The notes beneath the pieces were generated by a model that saw nothing but the letters and a program-made list of their open reading frames with translations, searched no databases and was not told the origin of the DNA. Made by a program: the position numbers and the translations under genes. Positions 25,990 to 38,079 of a stretch of 64,000 nucleotides of DNA are shown here, one piece after another. The DNA comes from Basidiobolus meristosporus CBS 931.73 (taxonomy: Eukaryota > Fungi > Basidiobolomycota), in assembly GCA_002104905.1 (NCBI GenBank), contig MCFE01000184.1, positions 76,432 through 140,431 on the forward strand, in the 5' to 3' direction. Within the stretch, counting starts at the first letter, position 1; each line of letters opens with the position of its first letter.

Positions 25990-26724
25990 CGGGGGATACT
26001 GGCCGTTACCACCAGTGGGTTGGTGCTTGTTTGATACTTTCGAGCTTTCCTTCACGTCATTTTCATTGAACTCATCTGGCACGCCTCCTCACTCGCGAAC
26101 AAAGATACGGATGGGAGGGAGCGGCTGGGTTCGTTGTTGTTTGTACCATGTCCTCGTCACGCCTCCGCCCCACACCCACCTTTATTCTAGTTCTTAACCT
26201 CACCTTCCCACCTTTAACATTCATCACATCCTGTTGCGAGCGAGTTCCCTCGATCCTTCACGCAGTAACTGTTAACCCACTCATAGTTAATTTATTCCTC
26301 AATAGAGACCGAAATGCCACGAGCCCTTCTCCACTCGGCCGCTCGCACGTCGTGACTGTATGTGGCGTGTACACGGTGGCCGCCCCGGAAATCGGGTGGC
26401 TGCACGCGTGAGGCCGAGGTTCGATTTCGGGCAAGTCATATCGAAGTAGCAAATAAATAGTGTAGGATGCCAATCAAGTTTATGATACCAAGGTCTAAAA
26501 GTGGTACAAAAAGAGTTCACACGAATACGCATGGTATGGAGTCAAGCTAGGGGCGGGTGAGGAGAGAGGGGGGTGGGGGAAGGAGGCACGCTCGTTCTGA
26601 AGATTCCTAAGCGTATGCGTTAGGGGTCAAGGGTGACGGGTGGGGTGTATGCGCGGAAGTGTGCGTGGTCTAACAGGGTTGATGGGGGATGACAAGGAGG
26701 GGAGATTTCGAACCACCCAGCCGC

Positions 26725-29700
26725 TCAAGAAACGATCTTGTAAGCGTCTCCCAATCGTCTCAAGAAGCTCTGGACCGCTTGGCGGATATCGGTATGAAGC
26801 TTGCTCGAGAAGAGGGCCAGGATCTGTGGATAGAGCTGGGGAGCATGCTTGGTGAACTGGCGAGACCAGGGAGAGGATGGGTTAGGAGTTGTGGGAGCTT
26901 GGTTGAGAACTAGGTTAAAATGGGGCTTACCCGGGATTCATCCAGTTCGGAGAACCTGGTCAGGACTTTGACTACGACCGGGCGCCAGATCTCTAGGTTC
27001 GAGTCGACCGAGCTACGGTCGATCATGTTGTACGAGCTCAATATCGTATATGAGAGTCTAGAAACACCATTAGAATCAGGTCGATGGCGACAAGGAAGGT
27101 CATGTACGAAGGCTTACGGGGTGAGTTTGTCCTCCACTTCGTCAGTGTGGTTCTGGCGGTCTTGGGCGCTGTCGCTGTACATCTTGAAGAGGAGAAGAAT
27201 ACAGGTGTGCGCGCTCTGGGTCTCCTGTCGGAAGAGATTGGGAAGCTGCGGCATCAAATCTGGTGGGCCCCGCAGTCAGTGAGGTTCATAAGGGTACAGG
27301 GTCAAAGTAACAAGCATACGGTACCTGCTTCATAAATGGCTTTACGGAGTTCCATATCGGAGTTGAATCGTTTGGCAAAGGAGAAGGACCGTTCGAGGCA
27401 GTCGATGATGATGAACAAGTGATGGGAGTCGATTGAGCGATACACAACGTCGTTGCTGCTGAAAAGATCTTCCACAGTTTGGACCAACAGAAGTCGAAGA
27501 ACGCATTTGGCAGTGATGCGTCGGAATTCCTGCTTGTGCTGATCCATCTGATAGTATGAGGCAGCGGGAGTGGGGGCGGGGTTGGAGCGCATAGGAAGGG
27601 CAGCAGCGAGAGACGGGCTCGAGGGGGAATCAGTGTGGAGCAAGGTTTTGCGGAAGTCGAACAGGCCTTGTGGGTTGCTCTTGTCGAACAAAGTAACGAA
27701 AGTGGAGCATATCTTGTCCCAGAGTGCCCCGTTCAACCGGGCAACGTTGCTCTCGATAAGCCTTTGCAGACAGCTATTGCCGATGCGACCCAGCGTCTCG
27801 TTCTCGTGGGTGATACACACCGTGAGCAACTCCAGCACGCCATCCATCATGGCGTTGAGCGAATCGAAGTAGAAGGTGAACAGGTCGATGGTGTTGCGAA
27901 GTGCCTGAACGAGCGTGGTGGAGATCCACACGCTCAGATCCTCCTGGCTTCTGAACCTGGACTTCTTACTGGAGGAGTCCAGATCGTGGAACATGGGGAA
28001 AACGATTTGCTGGAACATCGATGCCCAGAAGTCGCAGGAGAAATTGGCGCCGTGTTGCTTGAAAGTGTCAAACATAAAGTCCAGGGCGCGATCCCGAACC
28101 TCCAGATCGTCACAGTTCATGATGATGTCGTAGAGGCCATGCATGATTGGAAGCCAGACCGAGAGCTCGGAGTCTTCCTGGGGCGTAGGGGATTCGTTAT
28201 GCATGGGGATTCCAATCTGGCGGGTGATCAGATCCTGGGTGACCTGCTTGTAGATCTCCATCGAGTGAAGGCTGATCTTCACGAAGCGCGTGTTCTTGCA
28301 AAACTCCATCAGACACGACACGAAGTCGTCCAGGTATCCGTGGGCCGCAATCTCGTGGAAATTCTCCTTCGAAATCGACTTGACGATCTCGAACGCCATG
28401 GCCACGATCGCCTCGTTGTCTTCCTTGGCGGCCTTGGAGAAGACGCCGAACATCGTCTTCCATCCCGAGCGGATGTGGTACCCGCGAGCTTGGATCATCT
28501 GCTGCAGACAGCGGAGAATCATGTCTTTGATGCTGTGGTTCTGGTTGTGCTCCAGGATGAATTCGAATGGCTTCAAGAAGTCCTTCTGGAACTTGAAATG
28601 GGGAAGCTCCTCCTTCTCCAGAAACTTCATCGAGAGCTGTCGGAGAGAGTCCAGCGCGAAGAATCCCACGTGGGCATTGGCATGGCAGCCAACCTGGTTG
28701 AAGTGGTCACCCAGGATGTCCCACATGTTGGACCATTCCATACGGATTCTGCTCATGTTGTAGTAGCAAATCTCCACCAGCTTCTGCAGACAGTAGGTTC
28801 TAGGATGCTCCGCATTCTTCGACGAATGGATCTCCTCCATCGAAATCTCGCTGAGCGCCTTGACAAAGTCGACCACAGCATGTCCTGACAGGCGAACGCT
28901 CCCAGTGAAGATACGATCGACCGCGACCACCACCTGCTGCGACCTGGTCTCGATCGCCGCCTCTTCAGCGTACGAGGGAAGGGGCGCCGCACCTCGGCCG
29001 GACTTGTTCGAGTGAAGGGATGCGGTAGATTGCCGCTTCTCAAGATGGCCTGGCGAGTGGGAAAGGCGTCTGGCCTTGGTCAGATCAGGAATCGCGTCGC
29101 CATCAGCACCGTTGCTGATCAGCTGGAATCGCTCGAGCTGGCTTACGCAAGCGAGGACATCTCTCCACGATTCCTTGAGGTAGTTGCCCTCCGAGTGAGC
29201 AATCTCAAGCAAGGTCTTGATCGCTTCCACGTTCTTGACCTTCATCTCGCTTAGGTTGTTTAGGTAGGTGAACTTCGCAAGGGTCGATACAAAAGCGTTT
29301 CTCTCCAGCTCCATGTCGAACGCAGCGGCGATGTGGACAGCGAACTTCAGCCCTTCGAGGGATAAGTTGACGACCTCCAAATCATCGTAGTCCTGCATCG
29401 GGGTGCTGACTCCGGCCAAAAACGCCATCCACACCAACTCGAACATGGGTCGGACATGCTCGAAGTGAGACGCGCTGTAGTAGGTAGCCTGGAGGCGGCT
29501 GATGCCCCGTCTGCCCCGTCCCTTGAAGATTGCTTCTGTCTTCGAGGCCAGCTCGGCGGACGCGTGGGCATTGAACTCGCGTCTGGCCTTGCCGGTGATC
29601 ACCTCGAAGGGGGACAGATCTCTAAAAATGCTCATCGGCCCATTGGAGGCGGAGTTCGCGGCGGCGCCTTTCTCGTCCTTGATGCGGATCTCGTTCTTCG

Positions 29701-32700
29701 AGATGTCGTCGTAGATCTCTTCCAGAAACTCCGCTGGCAAATCGGCCTTGTCATCGATCCCGGCGTTGTTCTTGAGGAACTCCGCCTTGGTCATCCGGTT
29801 CTTCACCTGCGGGTTGTGGAGATCGGTGTTGAGCATGATCACCGAGTAGGCCAGGACGTAGGCTGTATCGGCGTTGGCGAACACCCCGGCATTTCCGATC
29901 ACGTACCGCTCAGCGAACTTGAGCATGAACCTGTCGATCTTCTGTGCCTCGCCTGGTAGACGGAACGCCTGGAGGAACTTTCGTAGCGCATCGACGAAGT
30001 GCATCTTGCTGAAGTTCATCACGTCGACAAACGCGTGCATGATGGCGATGCTTTCCTCATTCCCCTCGCCCAGAAACTCTCCCAACGTCGTCTTGTTGAC
30101 GCCCTCGGACTTCAACAAGAAGCGGGCGATGGTCTTGGGCTCGCTGTTTTCAATACAGTGCGCGTCTAGCAGGAACTTCAGCCCCTTCTTGGGTCTCCAA
30201 TTGAACATCTGGATACCCTGCTGAAGAATCTGTTTGCGGTGCTTCAGACTCTCGAACTGGCTGGGGTCGTCGAGTGGTAGAGATCGGACGCTCTGACCAG
30301 AGCCGTTAAGTATCGGGCTCGGAGAGGAGTATCCGTTCACAATAGTGCTTACGTTACTGTCGTATCCATCCTCGCTCTTACGCAAACCAGACCGGTCCAT
30401 CTTCTCGTCATCGTACACCGGATTCTCGGCGTCCGCTATCATCAGGCCCTTGTCGCTCCATGTGGTCAATGAGCGGAGGACAGCTACGAGACACTTCAGT
30501 GCCTTCTGCCTGATGTCATTCTCGTTGCCTTGGTTTTGAAGCTGCTGCTGCGAGGCCAAGGTGTTGTTCAATGAGGTGGTGGTCAATGACGGCTGAACAA
30601 CACTCGAATGGAGAGGCGAGTTGGGAAGATGAGAGCTTCCGGAGGCTGTGGAGTCCGTGTGGATGGAGGTGATCTTCGAGAGAACATTCACCAATCTTTC
30701 GTAGATGTTATCCAGCGCCTCTTTGTCACAGTCGTAGTTCAAATAGATTTCAACCAGAGCCTGAGGATCGTTGCATATGTTCTCCAACACCCCCAGCAGA
30801 ACCAGTTTTTGGTGGAATGAGGCTGAGCGCATCTCTAGAATGGGAAGGAAGATCTCCTTGAAAAACACCTCGATCTCCTTCTTCAAGAGCATACGCAACC
30901 CTTGGAGGAGCTTCAGGAAGATCTCAAGGGAAACCTCGAAAATTCCTCCCTCCGTCAAAACAAGGTTACGACTCAAACTCAAGCAAAGGTACTGCTTGAC
31001 TGATGTCAAAAGAGTAACGTGGACCGGTTGATTGTCCTCCGCATAGGTCACGAAGCCCACCTTGGGGGAGGCAAACGTCTCCAAGTGAGAGGTGATGATG
31101 GTTAGGATAAGATGAAGCGACAAGAGTTTAGAGCGCATGGAGAGAGACTTCACGTCGGACGCCCCTTCGGTAGTGATTGGCTTCATGGACAAACGGCAAA
31201 GTGCTCGGAAGAGCAAATACGCGTCCCGAACTTCCATGTCGTTGGAGTCGCTCTCTTGACTCCCGGCGCCTGTGTGCTCTTTGGGAAGTTCATCTTGTGT
31301 CACCGAAGGAGATTTGGTGAGGTCGTTGTCTTTGAAGGCGCTAGAAATACTGTCTGATTCGGTGGGTAGGTTCTCAGTCGGTGAATGCTCTCCTGTCGCA
31401 ATACTTTCCTGAGGCTCTTCAACCGCCGGTGTTGAATTCAACTCGGTGGGCGCTTGGCTCTCCGCAGTCTTAGCATCGCTAGTGTCCGTGGGAGTTTCTG
31501 CACTTGTATCCAGTGGTACTTCCACCAGACCATCATCGTCGTCGAAACTCTCGGGCTCATTACTGATGGTTTCAATTTGCACCTGCTCTTGTTCCTGGGA
31601 AGTTTGAGCCGTTGTATCTTCTGTGGGGGATGCACTCTCGTCGGCCACCTCAGCTTCGTCATCCTTTTCCTCGTTGTCATGCATTTTCTCATCATCAGGG
31701 TCAGACCTGACGTCCGTATCACCTTCAGGTGTAGAATCAGGAAGCGAGAGATCCCCCGCTTCCTGCTTTAGAATGATTTCTTTGACGTCTTGACTGGAAT
31801 CGTTTCGGAGGATTTTGGGTGAGTGTGCGGTGGTGGTGGCGGAATCACCGCCATTTGCTATAGCACTTCTTCCGATCTTAATGCGACCGAATATAGCGTG
31901 AACCATCTGGGTGAGAGTACCCTGGGCAATGGTCTGATTTACGGGATCCCTAGAGAGTAGGAAGATGTTATATGTTGTTCGGACTGCCTTTAGAAGAGCT
32001 CTTTGGTGGATTTTGAAGGTTTCCGAGGTGATGGCAGCAAGCAGGGCCTTGAAAAGAGGGGGGAATAAGCTTTAACTGCTATATCTCTGGTGTACCTAAC
32101 TAAACTATCCAAAATGATACCTTGATGATCTGCAACTGAATCTTGTCATTCGTTCCTTCACCAGTAAAACAATCGCAAACCAGGTCAATCAACTGATCTG
32201 TTAGTGGGACTCGTGCGCCGGGCGATAGTTCTACACCAGGCTCTTCTAAGGATACTTTATCCTTCTCCTCGGGTTTATCAGGGTTGGTGTCTGCTGCCGA
32301 AGGCTCGGGTGCAGTAAGCACGATGGTCGGGATCGTCTCACCATTGAAAATGTAGTTGTAGGTGATGAGATTTCCAATACAATCGATAGCGGTAACAATA
32401 AGATTGACGACTCCGGTCTGACAGGCCAACTTTAGTGGTAAGAATAAGGCCACCGAATCACTAGAAAAGAATGGAGTATTAGAATCAGGATCCTCGATAA
32501 GTAACCTTGGCAGGGGTTCGATACCTCGCTGTACAAACAGTGGCGTCGGGATAGCTCTTTATCACGTCTGTGGTGAGAGAAAGGTTATCAATGAAGCCTT
32601 CGGAGGGGGAAATAGCAGAGAAGTTCAGTAAGGTTGAGAAGTACACATGCCTAGGGCTCTTGTGACGGCCTCGCTCAGCTCTTTGTTCTTTCTTCCTTGC

Positions 32701-32843
32701 TTCGATTTCTGGATGCTCTCAAGCGCATTAATGATAAATAGAGCGCCGGCAGCCAAGTGGCTCTTGGAGGTTGCGGTAGATGATGAGCCCTCCGTGACCG
32801 TTGAGGCTGTCGGGGATGGTGGCCCAGTATGGTTTTCGGACAT
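26725..32843 (-). CDS. SEC7: Large ARF guanine-nucleotide exchange factor Sec7/BIG, multi-exon
   Basis: Sec7 domain FRLPGEAQKIDR and YVLAYSVIMLNTDLHNP; HUS box YLNYDCD; HDS domains. C-terminal exons traced through MPQLPNLFRQE to the stop at 26725. Confidence 0.95.
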
Positions 32844-33491
32844 CGGGAGATCCACTACCCAATGAAGGAGAATACAATAATTATGGCAACAAAAAACCGA
32901 GGTCTGTAGAAATCAAAGGGACAAGGATGCTGGCTACAGTGAAAGGCAGAGAAAATCGAAAATCGGTATCTTCGGAAGCCGCTCTATCCTCGGCAATGAT
33001 TAGAAATTGGCGAAATCACCAGTGAACTCCGATTCAATCAGGATCCCCTTTTCAACAAATACCTGCCCACCCATTCCACTCGGGCTTATTTTCAGCCCTT
33101 CTCTATGATGTACCTTTGATACCATTGATTTGGTAGATTAGTCCCCAATTCTGGCTGGTGACAGGTCATCGTTGATCCATGCGATTTGTTACTACGGAAC
33201 AAACATCAACTGTAGTGGATCTCTTGAGCCAACAATTTGTTCGTGGTGCACCTGGAGAGCGTGGAGGAATACCTGCCGAACGATTGGCCAGGGGAGTGTG
33301 CAGGTATGATGTGCTTCGGTGGCAAGGCGTTCTGGAATGACCCTCTCCATCGCTGAGAATGCATCACGCACTGTTTTGATTTTGGGATCAAATGAAATCT
33401 ATGTTTACCACAAGCAAAAGCCAAACATTCTTGGGATGAATTTTGCGTGGCCTAAAACACGACTTGACCTAGCCCGAGCAGTGGTAAAAGC

Positions 33492-35301
33492 ATGAGCGAG
33501 CGAAGAACCAGAAGAAGACCACGTCAAAACGTCAGGTAATAATGGGGCTCCCCGAAACCCGCTTCTTTATCGCCTCGCTTCCGTGTGTTAAACTTCTTCT
33601 CCCAAGTGCTGCACATTATGTCGGCTACGTAGAGGACAACGAGTCGGTAGAGGCCATCATGAAGAAATTCGAAGAGTTGGAGAAGATCCAAAGTGAAATC
33701 GCCAAATCGAACGCTCAAAAGGTCGCCACCGAGAGCGAAACGGTGGACACCAATCCAGATGCAGTCGCTGCAGTAAGCGAAGATGTAGTACCAAGCACCA
33801 ATGAGAACGGTGCAGAGCAAGGCCTCACCGAAGAACAGCTGGAGGAAGTCTTCAAGCAGACGAGTGTGTTCACCGTCAGGTCAGCAATTACTAATGAGGA
33901 TATTGATGCAGTCGATGATTTGGAAATCTGGAGAATGGACATGGCGAATGGAGATACGGCCGAATTTGAAGAAGAAGAGTAAGTGGTTGCCGACACACTT
34001 TGTTGGATAAGAGGGGTTGTTGAATTGTTTGCTGCTTTGCCATCTAGTGACTATCTTGCGGTTGACGATGATTTCTGGGATGAGGAGTTCGGCGTTAGCA
34101 GGAAAAGAAACCGGAAGACTGGCCTTCCTGGAGAAAGAAGGGGCAGGTTGGACAAGGAGAGCATCTTACAGCGGTACAGAATCATGCATGTTAGACTACA
34201 GGATCGCAACGGCAACTTCTTCATGGTCAAAAAGAAAGTCAGGTATGTGCAGCATAACCGCAGCTCCTGACCGCATCGCTCACAACCATTGTCTGGTGTT
34301 CGCTGCAGCGCGATCGACCCCAGTCTGCCCACATACGTCAAGATTCCAGCAGTCCCGATCCCAAGATCTTGGGTCCATACCATATGCGAGAAAAAGCCAA
34401 TCGAAGAAAGGATCCCCGGCTCCAGGTAATTCTCCATGAAGCAAGATATGTCTCGAGGCCATACTTAGAAGCATTCTAGGTATTACGAACAGAACATCAC
34501 TTCCCTCAACCTGTCCACCCTTGGCAAACAATTCCAGGTGATCTACATGGATCCACCACTCGTCCTGCCCAACGAGGAGCCCTCCCCAGGGAAGATCACT
34601 CTGGAGCAACTGGTAACGTAGGCCTACTTGGTTGATAGCGCACGCACACTAACACTGCCACAGGCCGCACTAGAGATCTCCCGGATTGTGCCAGTCGGGT
34701 TTCTTTTTGTGTGGATCGAGAAGGAATACCTTCCCGATATCGTGCAGATTGCCGACAAATGGGGCTTCAAATATGTCGAGAATTTCTGCTGGATCAAGAA
34801 AAACATCAACAACCAAATCGCCTGTCAGCCCTCCGCGTATTTTAGGAAATCCAAGTTGTCCTTGCTGATCTTCCGAAAGGTAGGCGCTGTCTGTCGCTCG
34901 AGTGCGCCACCCGACTGACCCCATTCTAGGAAGGAGATATTGAGCTCCGCCATCAACGCAACCCCGATTGCGTGTTTGACTTTATCAAGCCTCTACAAGG
35001 TACTTACGCTCGAGCTTCTCTGCTTTGTTGTTCGGTTTAGCTGATGCATGGCGCTGTTTGTGTATCCAGAGGACGAAGTTTCCGAGAGAAAGCCGGAATT
35101 CATCTACGATGTCATTGAGACCATGCTGCCCACTGCGCTCTATAGCGAGGAGTACCCCAACGGCGAGAGAATGCTCGAATTGTAAGTCAGCCCCCCTTTG
35201 CCAGCCCGCATGCGCTTTCTAACCAACTAATCGATCCCAGGTGGGCCAAGAAAAACACCAGAAGACAGGGTTGGACCACGGTGGTGGATCAATCCCCATG
35301 A
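33492..35301 (+). CDS. MT-A70 family protein, MTA9/AMT6-7-like (probably non-catalytic subunit of the ApT 6mA DNA methyltransferase complex); ~8 exons
   Basis: VIYMDPPL in place of catalytic DPPW (34550-34561); GFLFVWIEKE, GFKYVENFCWIK, ELRHQRNPDCVFD, KPEFIYDVIETMLP, RMLELWAK...GWTTV. The ELRHQR..D..F and IETMLP segments are MTA9-like as I recall them. Confidence 0.8.
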
Positions 35302-35527
35302 CCTTCGGCTTGGCTGCCCCTCCCATCCCATCCCCTCGACCGCAACATGTTTATCACAGACATCCCATCCCCACTATTTACCTGTGTATTTTAAACATCT
35401 CATTAACCGACATAGACAATGTTTATTTCTTGATATAAATTCCTTTTTGTTGAACATCGACGCTATTGGCTGGGAAGCACTTGATTTAATTACCAGAGGC
35501 TGCATTTGGCCAATCTTGGATTAACCG

Positions 35528-35574
35528 CACTCAATCCAACTCGACTCAACTCAACTCAACCCAACCCAACTTCC
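35528..35574. repeat. Degenerate pentamer microsatellite (CAACT/CAACC) just upstream of the GNAT start
   Basis: ...CTCAATCCAACTCGACTCAACTCAACTCAACCCAACCCAACTT... Confidence 0.75.
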
Positions 35575-35580
35575 TCCAGA

Positions 35581-36114
35581 ATGCGGTCCTTCGAAATCAC
35601 CAACGAGAAGGTCAACGCAGACGTCGTCGCCCATCCAGCAGCCTCCCCGGATGCCCCTCAGATAATGGCTCTCCTGGTAGAAACGGCCAAATGGCTTTTG
35701 AGCAAGGGAATTAGCCAGTGGAGCGACCTGATTCAGGGTATCGACAACCGACACCGGATGGCGGAGCGTATCGAGGAGGGAAGTGTATTCAAGTTCGTGA
35801 AAGGCGACGTGCTGGTTGGTGTGGTAATTATTCTCGAGCAACCGAGTCCTTGGGATATCGAGCTCTGGGGGGACGCCGGGCACCCTGAATCCCTCTATAT
35901 CCATAGACTTGCCATCAACAGAGAATACTCAGGCGTGGGCCGGGACATCATGCGTTGGGTGGAGAACGGCATTGTGTATTCCAACAAGACGAAGCTTCGT
36001 TTGGACTGCATGGGCTCCAGCCCTGCGCTCAACAAGTTCTACCAAAGCCTGGGCTACTCCTACCAAGGGAAAAGCAACACCGGTTACAGTTTGTATGAAA
36101 AGAGCATAAAATAA
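35581..36114 (+). CDS. Intronless GNAT acetyltransferase resembling Bacillus YesJ (177 aa); candidate horizontal transfer
   Basis: ETAKWLLSKGISQWSDLIQG, PSPWDIELWGD, LYIHRLAINREYSG, LRLDC...ALNKFYQSLGY, GYSLYEK follow the Firmicute YesJ-type pattern (from recall). Confidence 0.85.
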   Translation: MRSFEITNEKVNADVVAHPAASPDAPQIMALLVETAKWLLSKGISQWSDLIQGIDNRHRMAERIEEGSVFKFVKGDVLVGVVIILEQPSPWDIELWGDAGHPESLYIHRLAINREYSGVGRDIMRWVENGIVYSNKTKLRLDCMGSSPALNKFYQSLGYSYQGKSNTGYSLYEKSIK

Positions 36115-36417
36115 ACTCGATTGATCCGTGGCACGTGATGTCCAAGGAAAGCCATAGATACTGATGGAAGAGAGAGGACTTTTTTTTCGGCACCAAGTTG
36201 CGGATGGTTTTTTTAATGCAGATCGGGGACCAAAATTCCGGCGCTTAAACAACCACTTATTGTCCCCCTTTTCCCACCTTTCTTGCACTCTGCTGGGAAG
36301 ATATCACACTCTGTAGTGGTGAATAGTTTCATACAATAATACCAGACGTATCCACTATCCAAGGATTGTTTTTCGTTCCAATAGTTCTTGGCTTGATTTT
36401 GACCATCCATCTGTAAG

Positions 36418-37796
36418 ATGCCTCCCAAGAAAGCCCCCAAAGTTGATAAGAGTGTCCAAAAGGCCAAACAAAAGGCCGTGGAAGACAAGACCTTTGGGCT
36501 GAAAAATAAAAACAAGTCTTCTAAAGTGAAGAAGAACATTCAGCAGTTGCAAGCCCAAGCAACTTCTATCGGTAACAACAAGGCCAAGGTAAGAGTCGCA
36601 ACCACTCGAACACTAGATTCCCCCGTCCCCTCGATCCGGCCTCCCCGATTGAACCCCTCTCCTCCCTGTCTTTGCAAACAAACTACTACAGTCCATCTTC
36701 TACTCAGACCCGCCTTGCAACCGGTTCACCCTATTAACGCGCTTTATGGTTTCCTTTCATTGTAGAAAGAGGCTGAGGAAAGGAAGCAGAGTATTTTGAG
36801 CAAAAAGGAACTCGAGGCCCAAAAGAAGGCTGAGCTGGCCGAACTCTTCAAGCCTGTTCAGCAGCAAAAGGTTCCTTTCGGTACTGACCCCAAAACCGTT
36901 CTCTGCTCCTTCTTCAAAGCAGGCCAGTGCCAAAAAGGAAAGGGCTGTAAATTCTCGCACGATCTCAACATCGATCGTAAAACCACCAAGAAAGATCTAT
37001 ACACCGATCACAGAGATGATCAAGCCAACGGTACTTATACTTCTACCAACATTGCCCTTGCCCGGCCTACTAGACAGTGGCTGACCTTTCTTGCTCCTGA
37101 ACAGACAACATGGAGGATTGGGATCAGGCTAAACTAGAGGAAGTGGTTACTTCCAAGCATGGAAATCCTCGTACTACAACAGACATTGTCTGCAAGTTCT
37201 TCTTGGAGGCTATCGAAAATCAGAAATACGGTTGGTTCTGGGAGTGTCCCAATGGAGGTAAGCAAGTGTGTCCACCATTCATCCCCAAGCTAAGTGGACG
37301 AGTGAACTAACCATCGGCTGGATCAGGCAATAAATGTAAATATCGTCACGCCCTTCCACCTGGTTTCGTGTTGAAATCCAAGAAGAAGGAGGAGGAGAAG
37401 GAGGAGATCAGTATCGAAGACTTCCTGGAAACGGAGCGCCACAAGCTTGGTAAGAACCTCACTCCGGTTACTCTTGAATCGTTCATGGAGTGGAAGAAGA
37501 ACCGCAAGGCTAAGCAAGAGGCGGAGGCTTCTGAGGCCATCAAGGCCAAGGAAGCCGCCTTCAAGGCCGGCAAATCCTCGAACATGAGTGGTCGTGAATT
37601 GTTCGACTTCAACCCCGACCTCGTCTCCGAAGGCCTCTACGATGACGATGACGGTGTATTTGACTTCTCTGCCTATCGTGACAAGGAGGTTGATGAGGCA
37701 GCCGAAGGAATTAGCAACCTCGATGTCAACAACGAATCCCTATTCGAGCAAGAGAACCTTGACGATCTGGATGATGATGACGACGATGAGGAGTGA
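36418..37796 (+). CDS. TMA46: CCCH zinc-finger protein Tma46/ZC3H15 (4 exons)
   Basis: MPPKK...[12 protein letters not shown]-x8-C-x5-C-x3-H finger [54 protein letters not shown]. Confidence 0.95.
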
Positions 37797-38079
37797 AGTG
37801 CTCTATAAGATATCTTGTCCGCTCTGTACCAATTACACCCTCAATAAACCAAAAATGATATATAATTGCATAACACGCCACGCCCCGCGCCCCGCGCTTC
37901 TAATGTTTTCTGAGCATATGTATTACAAGTGATGATGTGTGGTAAATGAATAATAATCTACAAGAATAGCTGGCGCATACTTTGACTAATCTAATATCAC
38001 GTTTACATCAAGCGCGGCCATCAAGTCCTAGTGCTAATGATACATTGGAGATGCGCTTTGCTTCATGCAGCGGAGATGT

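Noticed and set aside
26380-26435. GGTTCGATT B-box-like motif within an imperfect inverted repeat
   Set aside because: No cloverleaf or A-box could be built, so it is not called a tRNA.
27635-28888. 417-aa and other long plus-strand ORFs opposite SEC7
   Set aside because: Antisense shadows of a strongly codon-biased gene; no recognisable domain.
36589-36765. Longer-than-usual TMA46 intron as a possible snoRNA host
   Set aside because: No convincing C/D or H/ACA box arrangement was seen.
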